From positions 7,614-71,613 of the forward strand of contig JAJRRW010000121.1 in the NCBI GenBank assembly GCA_024279115.1: a DNA stretch of 64,000 bases, written 5' to 3'. Below, in pieces: positions 29,806 through 38,918 of this stretch. Within the stretch, counting starts at the first letter, position 1, and each line of letters opens with the position of its first letter. Source of the DNA: Alphaproteobacteria bacterium. Lineage in GTDB: Bacteria > Pseudomonadota > Alphaproteobacteria > Rhizobiales > JAKIUO01. The notes beneath the pieces are model-generated. The model searched no databases and was not told the origin of the DNA. It saw only the letters and a list, made by a program, of their open reading frames with translations. Made by a program: the position numbers and the translations under genes.

Positions 29806-30543
29806 ATGTTTGATTTGAGCGGTAAAGGGGCATTGGTCACAGGCGTAACCGGTGGTATTGGCGGCGCAATCGCCAAATTGCTACACGCACAAGGCGCCAC
29901 GGTCGTGATCTCTGGCACCCGCGAAGAAAAACTGGCGGAACTGGCCAAGGAACTTGGCGATAATGTTTTTACCGCTCCGTGCAATTTGATGGACCGCGCC
30001 GCCGTCAGTGAGCTTTATGCAAGAGCCGAAGAAATGGCCGGGCAAATCGATATTGTGGTCAATAATGCCGGTATCACTAGGGATAATTTGTTTCTGCGCA
30101 TGAAAGACGAGGAATGGGACGATGTCATCAATGTCAATCTGTCAGCCACATTCGCCGTTTGCCGGGGCGCACTCAAGGGCATGATGCGCAGGCGCTATGG
30201 CCGTATCATCAATATCAGCTCTATCAGTGGTGTGGTCGGCAATCCCGGGCAAGGCAATTATTCGGCGTCCAAGGCCGGCATGATCGGCATGTCAAAAGCC
30301 ATGGCCCGTGAGATTGCCCCGCGCGGTATCACCGTCAACTGCATTGCTCCTGGCTTTATCACCACTCCCATGACCGACATGCTCAATGAGAAGCAAAAAA
30401 CCGCCATCACGCAAATGATCCCGGCGGGGATGCTGGGGGATCCAGGTGACATCGCCAATGCGGTTTTATTCCTTGCCAGCGACGAAGCTGGCTACATAAC
30501 GGGGCAAACTCTCAATATTAATGGCGGTATGGCGATGATCTAG
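29806..30543 (+). CDS. fabG: 3-oxoacyl-ACP reductase
   Basis: TGVTGGIG, NNAGIT and YSASKAG motifs. Lies within the fab cluster. Confidence 0.92.
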   Translation: MFDLSGKGALVTGVTGGIGGAIAKLLHAQGATVVISGTREEKLAELAKELGDNVFTAPCNLMDRAAVSELYARAEEMAGQIDIVVNNAGITRDNLFLRMKDEEWDDVINVNLSATFAVCRGALKGMMRRRYGRIINISSISGVVGNPGQGNYSASKAGMIGMSKAMAREIAPRGITVNCIAPGFITTPMTDMLNEKQKTAITQMIPAGMLGDPGDIANAVLFLASDEAGYITGQTLNINGGMAMI

Positions 30544-30805
30544 CCTTGACCTCGACCCGAATATGCGGGAATAACCTAATCAGGTTGTGCTTGTTAACCA
30601 TTAACGACCACGGATCTATAAAAACTGATATAACCGGGCTTAGGTCATGAAGGCCCACGATTGAGGAAGTTTTCAACAGAAATGAAAAAGACTTTCCCAG
30701 CAGGGCCATTCATTGTATCAGCCCTTAAACGTTCTTTTGTCCAAGGTGCTCTTGCCAGTTCCCTGGACATAACTTTTACCGTTGAACTATAGCGAGGATT
30801 TGCAA

Positions 30806-31042
30806 ATGAGTGATGTTTCCAGCCGAGTGAAAAAAATCGTAATCGAACATCTAAGCGTCGATGAAGATAAAGTCGCAGATAATGCCAGTTTTATCGATGA
30901 TCTTGGCGCAGACAGCCTTGATACTGTTGAACTTGTCATGGCTTTTGAAGAAGAGTTTGGGTGCGAGATTCCAGATGATGCCGCCGAAACAATCCTGACG
31001 GTCGGCGATGCGGTCAAGTTCCTTGAAAAGAACGCTTCCTAG
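30806..31042 (+). CDS. acpP: Acyl carrier protein
   Basis: The [20 protein letters not shown] motif contains the phosphopantetheine serine. A GAGGA sequence lies upstream of ATG 30806. Confidence 0.95.
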   Translation: MSDVSSRVKKIVIEHLSVDEDKVADNASFIDDLGADSLDTVELVMAFEEEFGCEIPDDAAETILTVGDAVKFLEKNAS

Positions 31043-31210
31043 CATCTCACATCCCGGCTTTGAGAGCAGGACATTGCCGTAAACACCGTCAGGGATCTCA
31101 TTGGATAACTTTGGGTGTTTACGTTTCCCTACTCATCAAAACTCCCATAAATATTGACATATCCGTTCCGGATATATTGTCACATCCGTTCAGGGCAAAG
31201 GATGATTCCA

Positions 31211-32482
31211 ATGCGTCGAGTCGTTATTACTGGTCTTGGTCTCGTTACACCACTGGCTTGCGGGGTCAATGAAACCTGGCAACGGCTGTTAGCGGGTGAA
31301 ACCGGTATCAAGCGAATCGACGAATTCAAGGTCGATGATTTGGCTTGTCAGATCGGTGGAGTCATCCCCAGAGGGGACGGCTCCAACGGCAGCTTTAATC
31401 CTGACAACTGGATGCCCAAGAAAGACCAGCGAAAAGTAGATGACTTTATCATCTATGCCATCGCGGCGGCTGATCAGGCCATCAGCGATGCCAACTGGTC
31501 TCCAGACAGTGAAGAAGAGGCCGTGCGAGCCGGTGTGCTCGTTGGTTCGGGAATTGGCGGGCTGCAGGGCATCGCCAGCACCTCTTTGCTATTGGAAGAA
31601 AAGGGACCACGCCGCATCAGTCCGTTCTTTATCCCTGGACGTCTCATTAACCTGGCTGGCGGCTATATCTCGATCAAGCATGGCCTTAAAGGCCCCAATC
31701 ATGCTGTTGTGACCGCCTGTTCAACAGGAACTCACGCCATTGGTGATGCTGCACGCCTGATTGCCCTTGATGATGCCGATGTGATGGTAGCTGGCGGTAC
31801 CGAATCACCGATCTGCCGTCTGGCCATAGCCGGTTTTGCCTCGGCCAAGGCGCTTTCCAAAGGTTTTAATGACCACCCGGAAAAAGCCTCACGCCCCTAT
31901 GATGAAGCGCGCGATGGATTTGTCATGGGAGAAGGCGCTGGCGCCATGGTTCTGGAAGAACTCGAACATGTCAAAGCCCGCGGTGCGACGATTTATGGCG
32001 AGATCATTGGCTATGGCCTGTCAGGCGATGCCTTTCATATTACCGCTCCCGCCGCAAGTGGCGATGGGGCCTATCGCTGTATGCAGGCTGCCATCAAACG
32101 CGCCAACATAAATCCAGCAGACATCGACTATGTGAATGCTCATGGCACCTCGACCCCCATGGGGGATGAAATCGAGCTAGGGGCCGTAGAGCGCGTATTT
32201 GGCGACGCCGCAAGCGATTTGACCATGTCTTCTACCAAGTCTGCTATTGGTCATCTGCTGGGAGCTGCTGGCGCGGTTGAAGCTGTGTTCTCAACCCTGG
32301 CTATCCGCGACAATGTCGCCCCGCCAACACTCAATCTGGATAACCCATCAGTTAAAACCAGTATTGATCTCGTGCCACACACCAAAAAATCAATGCAAAT
32401 CAATACGGTTCTTAGCAACTCATTTGGATTTGGTGGCACCAACGCCTCCATTATCATTAAAAACTATGAAAACAACGCCTAG
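31211..32482 (+). CDS. fabF: 3-oxoacyl-ACP synthase II
   Basis: MRRVVITGLGLVTPL N-terminus, active-site ACSTG, and HGTSTP and GHLLGAAG motifs. Confidence 0.93.
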   Translation: MRRVVITGLGLVTPLACGVNETWQRLLAGETGIKRIDEFKVDDLACQIGGVIPRGDGSNGSFNPDNWMPKKDQRKVDDFIIYAIAAADQAISDANWSPDSEEEAVRAGVLVGSGIGGLQGIASTSLLLEEKGPRRISPFFIPGRLINLAGGYISIKHGLKGPNHAVVTACSTGTHAIGDAARLIALDDADVMVAGGTESPICRLAIAGFASAKALSKGFNDHPEKASRPYDEARDGFVMGEGAGAMVLEELEHVKARGATIYGEIIGYGLSGDAFHITAPAASGDGAYRCMQAAIKRANINPADIDYVNAHGTSTPMGDEIELGAVERVFGDAASDLTMSSTKSAIGHLLGAAGAVEAVFSTLAIRDNVAPPTLNLDNPSVKTSIDLVPHTKKSMQINTVLSNSFGFGGTNASIIIKNYENNA

Positions 32483-32680
32483 CGGAGTGGTTGTTAGCAA
32501 GTCGCTCATTAACTGATTGCAGCGTTTTGCGTGTTTGTATATGCGCCGTTTTGCAATTCGCTCACGCTTTGGCCATATTCCATGATACCTTGTAGGGAAT
32601 AATTTTGAGTATCGTGAAATTGTCTTTCTGCGCGGCCCTTATCGGGCCAATCAGCTGATCTGGGAATCTCGACCGAATAA

Positions 32681-34051
32681 ATGACTGATCATTCAAACAA
32701 TGGAACACCGCCAGACAATCCTCCTGGCCCTCCACTGCAACAGCACGACTGGCAAGCAGCCCCGCATCAACAGACGCATGATCCACACTATCACAGTCCT
32801 CCAGAGCCACAGCATTTTGAACCTGTGATTGCCAAAGCGGTGCAGCCGCAGGAGTTTTTGAAAACCAGAAAAAAAACCAGTCGCACCATCAAATTGATGC
32901 AGCTGATGATGAGCTTGACCTTCTTTGCCGCTATTGGCATTGCTGGCTTTGTGATGTTTACGCGTTTGCAAGTCGATAAGCCGGGGCCTTTGACCAAACA
33001 AGTGGTGTTTGAAGTCGGCAAAGGCCAGGGACTTAGCATGATCTCGTCGCGCTTGCACAAAAACGGCATTATCAGCGATCGGCGACTCTTTGCGTTGCAC
33101 GCCATGGCCAGCAAATCGGCCAAGAAGCTGAAAGCTGGAAAATACGCCATCCCGCAAGCCGCCAGCATGCAAGATGTGCTCAATATTCTGGTCAAAGGCA
33201 AAGCCATTTTTTATAAGGTGACATTGCCCGAAGGCTGGACCAGCGAGCAGATTGTCAATGCGCTGAGAGCCCACCCGTAATTGGCTGGTAGTATCGATGC
33301 CATTCCACCAGAAGGCAGCCTGATGCCAGATACGTTTCAGTTTTCCGAAGGTGATAACCGCCGCGAACTGCTGGCCAAGATGGCAGCGGCGCAAGAGAAA
33401 TATCTCCAGAAACTATGGTCGAACCGCCAACCGAATCTACCGTTAAAAACTCCAATGGAGGCGCTCATTCTGGCTTCCATCGTCGAAAAGGAAACCGGGC
33501 AGGCCGATGAACGCAAACGCGTTGCCGGGGTCTTTGTCAATCGCTTGCGCATCGGCATGAAATTGCAGTCAGACCCCACCATTATATATGGGCTGGTTGG
33601 CGGCAAGGGCAAGTTGGGGCATCCATTGCGGCGCAGCGAGATGGCCAAGCAAACTGGTTACAATACCTACCAGATCAACGGACTGCCACCGACCCCTATT
33701 GCGAACCCGGGTCGCAAAGCGATCGAGGCCGTGTTGAACCCTGCTGATACCAAAGATCTGTATTTTGTTGCCGATGGTACCGGTGGGCATGCCTTTGCCC
33801 CAACGCTAAAAGGCCATAATGATAATGTCCGAAAATGGCGTAAAATCGAAGCAAAGCGCCGCGCCGAGAAAAAGCGCAAGGAAGTAGAACAAGCACGCCT
33901 TGCCGCTCTAGCGCAAAAACAAAAACCCGCTGACAAAGAGATGGCAAAAAACATTCCTGGAATAACCGTGAGCGATCAAATATCGGCACCAGCCAAAAGT
34001 GCCAACGGCTGGGGCAATGACATACCGCTGCCGACCCGCAAGCCTCGTTAA
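32681..34051 (+). pseudogene. mltG: Endolytic murein transglycosylase MltG (YceG family) interrupted by an in-frame TAA at 33278-33280
   Basis: The N-terminal ORF (TM anchor plus the first YceG block LPEGWTSEQI) ends ...ALRAHP*. The same frame continues LAGSIDAIPPEGSLMPDTFQF...ASIVEKET...YNTYQINGLPPTPIANPG. Confidence 0.85.
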
Positions 34052-34170
34052 ATATCCAGATGCTGGTGTTTTCCACTATTGCTTGATCCCCATATGGCAT
34101 GCCCTGTCAAATTGTGTAATTGTGCCACAACGAACACGTTTTTCTTCCAATCCAAAGGTTTCAAATCATT

Positions 34171-35058
34171 ATGGCTGTGAAAAGCATGACTGGTTTTGCA
34201 AGAGATGATGGGGCCATTGGCCGCTATAACTGGTATTGGGAAATCCGGACCGTCAATGGCCGTGGCCGGGATATCCGCATGCGCCTGCCATCTGGCTATG
34301 ACAAGCTAGAAGCAGAAGCCAGAACCCTGGTTGCCAAAAACATCATCAGAGGCAATTGCAACCTGACCTTGAAGGTCGACCGTATCACCGGCAATCAAGA
34401 GATCAGAATCAACGAAAACGGTCTCAAACAGGTAGCAAGAGCCATCCGCAAAGCCGAGATGTTCGTTGACGCAAGTGAGCCTTCTATGGATGGCATCCTG
34501 GCGTTACGCGGCGTTCTTGAGGTGATTGAGCCAGAGCACAGCCCTTTGGAACTTGAGGAGCTGGAAAAGGCGCTTCTTGCCAGCTTGATCACTGTGATTG
34601 GCAAAGTCGTTCAGGCCAGAACCGATGAGGGGCAGCATTTGTTTGAGGCCATTTCCTCCCACATTGATCAAATAGAAGAAAACCTTGCGGTGATTGAAAA
34701 CTCCAAAGCCAGATCAGTGGAGGCCATACAGGCACGCCTGAACGAACAGGTGCAAAAATTGCTCGACAGTGACACGGGGCTAAGCCAGGAACGCTTGCAT
34801 CAAGAAGCGGTATTATTGGCCTCAAAAGCTGATCTGGAAGAGGAAGTCGTCCGCCTCAAGGCTCATATTGTTTCAGCACGTGAACTGCTGGTCATTGAGG
34901 GGTCGGTGGGACGTAAATTTGATTTTTTGACACAGGAATTTAACCGCGAAGCCAATACAATCTGCTCGAAATCAACCGCAATTGATGTGACAAATGCCGG
35001 GCTGGAGTTGAAAACGGTCATTGATCAAATGAAAGAACAGGCTCAAAACATTGAATAA
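34171..35058 (+). CDS. yicC: YicC/YloC-family stress-induced endoribonuclease
   Basis: MTGFAR N-terminus and C-terminal FLTQEFNREANTICSKS motif. Confidence 0.85.
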   Translation: MAVKSMTGFARDDGAIGRYNWYWEIRTVNGRGRDIRMRLPSGYDKLEAEARTLVAKNIIRGNCNLTLKVDRITGNQEIRINENGLKQVARAIRKAEMFVDASEPSMDGILALRGVLEVIEPEHSPLELEELEKALLASLITVIGKVVQARTDEGQHLFEAISSHIDQIEENLAVIENSKARSVEAIQARLNEQVQKLLDSDTGLSQERLHQEAVLLASKADLEEEVVRLKAHIVSARELLVIEGSVGRKFDFLTQEFNREANTICSKSTAIDVTNAGLELKTVIDQMKEQAQNIE

Positions 35059-35071
35059 GGTGATCTCCGGG

Positions 35072-35695
35072 ATGCAACGACGCGGCGTCATGCTGGTCGT
35101 TTCATCCCCCTCGGGAGCTGGTAAAACCACATTATGTGATGGTCTGCAAAAAGCCTATCCTGATCTTAAAATGTCCGTATCGGTGACCACCCGCGCACCG
35201 CGCCCCGGCGAAAAGCATGGCGAGGATTATTATTTTCTTTCCATCGAAGAATTTAAAAAAATGCAGGCTGACGGGGGCTTGCTCGAATCGGCCCGTGTTT
35301 TTGACAATTATTACGGAACCCCAAAAGGCCCCGTAGAACAACTATTGGGCGAGGGCAAAGATATATTGTTTGACGTTGATTGGCAGGGCGCTTCACAGCT
35401 CTCGCAATCTTGTGGCGATGAGCTTTGCCGTGTGTTTATTTTGCCCCCGTCGGCGCAAGCCCTGCAAGAGCGTTTGAGCGGGCGCGGCACCGATAGCTCG
35501 CAAGTGGTGGCAAAACGCATGTCAGAAGCTGCCCGCGAAATTAGCCACTGGCAGGATTATGACTATATTATCATCAATGATGAACTCAATATTGCACAAG
35601 CGCAGATCAATGCCATCCTTAGTGCCGAGCGCGCAAAACGCGAACGGATGCTGTTTTTGCCCGAAATCGTCGATGACATGCTCAAAAACCTGTAA
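35072..35695 (+). CDS. gmk: Guanylate kinase
   Basis: P-loop SSPSGAGKTT and TTR.PR.GE..G.DY.F pattern. Confidence 0.9.
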   Translation: MQRRGVMLVVSSPSGAGKTTLCDGLQKAYPDLKMSVSVTTRAPRPGEKHGEDYYFLSIEEFKKMQADGGLLESARVFDNYYGTPKGPVEQLLGEGKDILFDVDWQGASQLSQSCGDELCRVFILPPSAQALQERLSGRGTDSSQVVAKRMSEAAREISHWQDYDYIIINDELNIAQAQINAILSAERAKRERMLFLPEIVDDMLKNL

Positions 35696-35707
35696 ATGTG
35701 CCTAGGC

Positions 35708-36556
35708 CTATATTTCGATCGAATCGCCAAAGGCCTGCGCCAGCTGCGTGAACTCGGTGATCGACAATTGTTCGGCACGTTTTTGCGGCTCTATTTGCGC
35801 CCGCTGTAGAAGATCGAGCGGTGCATTGCTGATCTGCTTCAATGAACTGCGAAGCATTTTTCGTCTTTGCCCAAACGCTGCGGCACTAACCGTTTCCAGA
35901 TCCTCCAACTGACAGGGCACGCCCGCCGGGGCGATTGGCGTGAAATGCACCACTGCCGAATCTACTTTTGGCGGCGGCGTAAAAGCACGGGCAGGGAGGT
36001 TCATGACGATTTCGGGCTTTGTACGCCATTGCGATATCACAGCCAGACGGCCATAGGCCTTGGAGCCGTAATCAGCACAAATACGCAAGGCCACTTCTTT
36101 TTGGAACATCAATGTCATGGATTGGTAAAAGGGCGGCCATTGAGGCACTCGTAGCCAATCGATCAGCAATTTAGTGGCAATATTATACGGCAGGTTGGCG
36201 ACGATCCTGACATTTTCCTGCTTGCTCAAAGGGCCATAATTGAATGTCAAAGCATCCTCGTTATAAATTTCCAGTTGGCCGGGATAATGATCAGCGATCT
36301 CTTGAAGGGCAGGCAAACAGCGTGCGTCTCGCTCTATGGCGATAAGCCTTTGTGCACCCGCGCTTAGCAAGGCACGGGTCAGTCCCCCGGGACCTGGCCC
36401 AATCTCCAGCACCGTATTTTGCTCCATTGGACCTGCAAGACGGGCAATTCGCGCAGTCAGGTTCAAATCAAGCAGAAAGTTTTGACCAAGCGATTTGCGC
36501 GCCGCAAGGTCATGGGTGCGGATGACATCACGCAAGGGAGGAAGATCATCAATCAT
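35708..36556 (-). CDS. rsmA: 16S rRNA (adenine1518/1519-N6)-dimethyltransferase
   Basis: [18 protein letters not shown] and NLPYNI motifs. Part of the pdxA-rsmA operon. Confidence 0.9.
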   Translation of the reverse strand: MIDDLPPLRDVIRTHDLAARKSLGQNFLLDLNLTARIARLAGPMEQNTVLEIGPGPGGLTRALLSAGAQRLIAIERDARCLPALQEIADHYPGQLEIYNEDALTFNYGPLSKQENVRIVANLPYNIATKLLIDWLRVPQWPPFYQSMTLMFQKEVALRICADYGSKAYGRLAVISQWRTKPEIVMNLPARAFTPPPKVDSAVVHFTPIAPAGVPCQLEDLETVSAAAFGQRRKMLRSSLKQISNAPLDLLQRAQIEPQKRAEQLSITEFTQLAQAFGDSIEI

Positions 36557-36559
36557 CCC

Positions 36560-37621
36560 TCAAGCCCTCGCGCGATCATCTATGCTTGCCTGACAGGCCA
36601 TTTGACTGGCCAGTTTCAAGGCCTCAATCAGGCTTGTTGGCCTCGCCACTCCCTTGCCGGCAATATCATAGGCAGTACCGTGATCTGGAGAGGTTCTGAT
36701 AAAAGGCAGACCAAGTGTGGTGTTTACTCCCTCGTCAAAACTCAGGGTTTTAATGGGGATAAGCGCCTGATCATGATACATGCCGATGACCACATCATAG
36801 GTTTCGCGCGCGCTCGCATGGAACAAGGTATCGGCTGGATGGGGACCAGTGACATTCATTCCCTCTGCTTTGAGGACATCGAGAGCTGGAGCAATAATGT
36901 CAATCTCGGCCGCTCCCATAGCGCCGTTTTCACCGGCATGAGGATTGAGACCGGCGACGGCAATCCGAGGAGATGGCAGACCAAAATATCTGGTCAAATC
37001 TTTGGATATGATGCGGGCGGTCTCCATGATCAACGCGCCTGTCAAATGTTCTGCCACCTTCGAAAGGGGGATATGAATAGTCAACGGCACGGTTCGTAGC
37101 TGCTTTGAGGCCAGCATCATCACGGGCCGGACAGGCCCATGCCCCCATTGCTCAGAAAGTTTAGCTAGATATTCAGTATGACCTGGAAACTCGAAACCAG
37201 CTTCATAGAGTACATGCTTGTTGATCGGATTGGTGACAATGCTCGCGGCCTGGCCCTTTTTGACCAACTCCACGGCTTGCGTTATCGAAAAAATGGTCAT
37301 CTCCCCGCTGGAGGGATCGGCTGAACCAGGCTTTGTAGCAACCGATTGGGGCAGCTCCAATATAGGCAGAGCTTTAGCGAACACCTCAATTGCCTCAAAA
37401 GGGCAACGGATCGTCGCAAGCGGGATCTCAAAGCCATCGAGAACGGCCATTTCTGCAAACAGTGATTTACGCGACAACACAAAAAATGGTGCCAATCCAT
37501 GTTGCTTGCGCTGCTTCCATGAAAGTATGGTGATGTCTGTGCCAATACCAGCTGGATCTCCCATTGTCAGGGCGATGGGAAGGTCGTTCGAGGCAGTTTG
37601 AGATGACGACATTGAGGGCAC
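36560..37621 (-). CDS. pdxA: 4-hydroxythreonine-4-phosphate dehydrogenase
   Basis: MGDPAGIG, GHTEYL, GLNPHAGE, YHDQ and RTSPDHGTA motifs. Confidence 0.9.
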   Translation of the reverse strand: MPSMSSSQTASNDLPIALTMGDPAGIGTDITILSWKQRKQHGLAPFFVLSRKSLFAEMAVLDGFEIPLATIRCPFEAIEVFAKALPILELPQSVATKPGSADPSSGEMTIFSITQAVELVKKGQAASIVTNPINKHVLYEAGFEFPGHTEYLAKLSEQWGHGPVRPVMMLASKQLRTVPLTIHIPLSKVAEHLTGALIMETARIISKDLTRYFGLPSPRIAVAGLNPHAGENGAMGAAEIDIIAPALDVLKAEGMNVTGPHPADTLFHASARETYDVVIGMYHDQALIPIKTLSFDEGVNTTLGLPFIRTSPDHGTAYDIAGKGVARPTSLIEALKLASQMACQASIDDRARA

Positions 37622-38739
37622 TATCTATATTCAACGGACGCTTCTTGGCGCAGGTCCTGGAGATGCCGGCGCGCCAATATCTCGAACTCTTGTTGCCGCA
37701 ACTTTTCTTTCACTGCCTTGCGTTTGGTCTTGTCGGCAATCCGGCGCTGCTTTCGTTCGCAAACAGCATAAAGCTCGACACCTGATGAGGTCAACGTCGC
37801 AGGAGTTAAACGGCCATCCTTGGTATTGTTGAGATAGCTGCGCATGGTATGCGGAAAACTGTCACCAGCTTTGGTACCAAGCGACTTCAACGATGCCCCA
37901 CTAATTCGGCCAACTGCTTTTTGCAACTGCGCGCAAGACGTAATGCTCTGTCTCAATTTATCCGCTTTGACCAGGCGCCGGGTCTTATCTGTTTCGCTGG
38001 CACCAGATGACAATGACAATCTGATACGCTGCATTTTATACACGGTTTTCAATTTAATGTCGGCGTCGGTCTGCGTGCTGATCAAGCGATCAACGTCTTG
38101 ATCACCAATATTGATCTGATATTGAAACTTCCGCCTGACTACTCGTATCCAGGAACTTTTAGCTTTCATGCGAGAGCGAAACTCGCGAATTGGCACGCCC
38201 ATTTTCTGAAGTGATGATGTAAACTGGTCTTTGGTCAAGGGCTTTCCGGTTTTGGTGTTTTTATTCCTCTTGGCAATAATTGCCAGTCGAGCATCCAGAT
38301 CCTCATCTGTCAAAGCAACCCCAAGCTTGTTGGCTTGCTGCAATTGAATACGCTCGTCTACTAGTTCCTTGAGTATTTTCTTTTTCAGCTTTCCCTTCAT
38401 ACTGGCCTGTATCTCTTTGCGGATATCGCTGACGAGTTTTTTTTGCAGAGATTTGGCTTCTGCCTGACTCTGCGGCCGGTATTCTTCGATCATTTTGCGC
38501 CATTTTTTCTTGGTGCTTTCCCCGGAAAGTCTCTTTTTCAGGCGCTGTCGCATCTCGTTTGAATTCGCGAGATACAATTTGATTCTCATATTGATATCGT
38601 GACTGGAGATCGGTTCGTCATTGACCAGAGCAACGATGGATGTGGTGTTTTGCGCCATTGTCTGGGGCACAATGAGCAGCATCGCAAAGAGGGCTGCAAA
38701 CCCGCTTTTCAAACCGTATATTGTAAAGCGTAAGATCAT
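37621..38739 (-). CDS. surA: SurA-like periplasmic chaperone (SurA N-terminal domain protein)
   Basis: Signal peptide. Conserved lptD-surA-pdxA-rsmA order. C-terminal ...LQDLRQEASVEYR ending typical of the rhizobial homologs. I could not recognise a clear parvulin domain. Confidence 0.7.
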   Translation of the reverse strand: MILRFTIYGLKSGFAALFAMLLIVPQTMAQNTTSIVALVNDEPISSHDINMRIKLYLANSNEMRQRLKKRLSGESTKKKWRKMIEEYRPQSQAEAKSLQKKLVSDIRKEIQASMKGKLKKKILKELVDERIQLQQANKLGVALTDEDLDARLAIIAKRNKNTKTGKPLTKDQFTSSLQKMGVPIREFRSRMKAKSSWIRVVRRKFQYQINIGDQDVDRLISTQTDADIKLKTVYKMQRIRLSLSSGASETDKTRRLVKADKLRQSITSCAQLQKAVGRISGASLKSLGTKAGDSFPHTMRSYLNNTKDGRLTPATLTSSGVELYAVCERKQRRIADKTKRKAVKEKLRQQEFEILARRHLQDLRQEASVEYR

Positions 38740-38918
38740 AATGATGTTGGAGACCTTTTCATTGCGGTTTCGCAGCGAAATGAAATCGATATGTTTGGGA
38801 CCATGGAACAGATGACCTGATAAATCTTTTGCGACTGTTTTTCACTATCGCATAAAGATCGAACAACGATCGCGACTCATTGATATCTAATCAAATAATA
38901 TGGCCGGAACGTGCTCTA

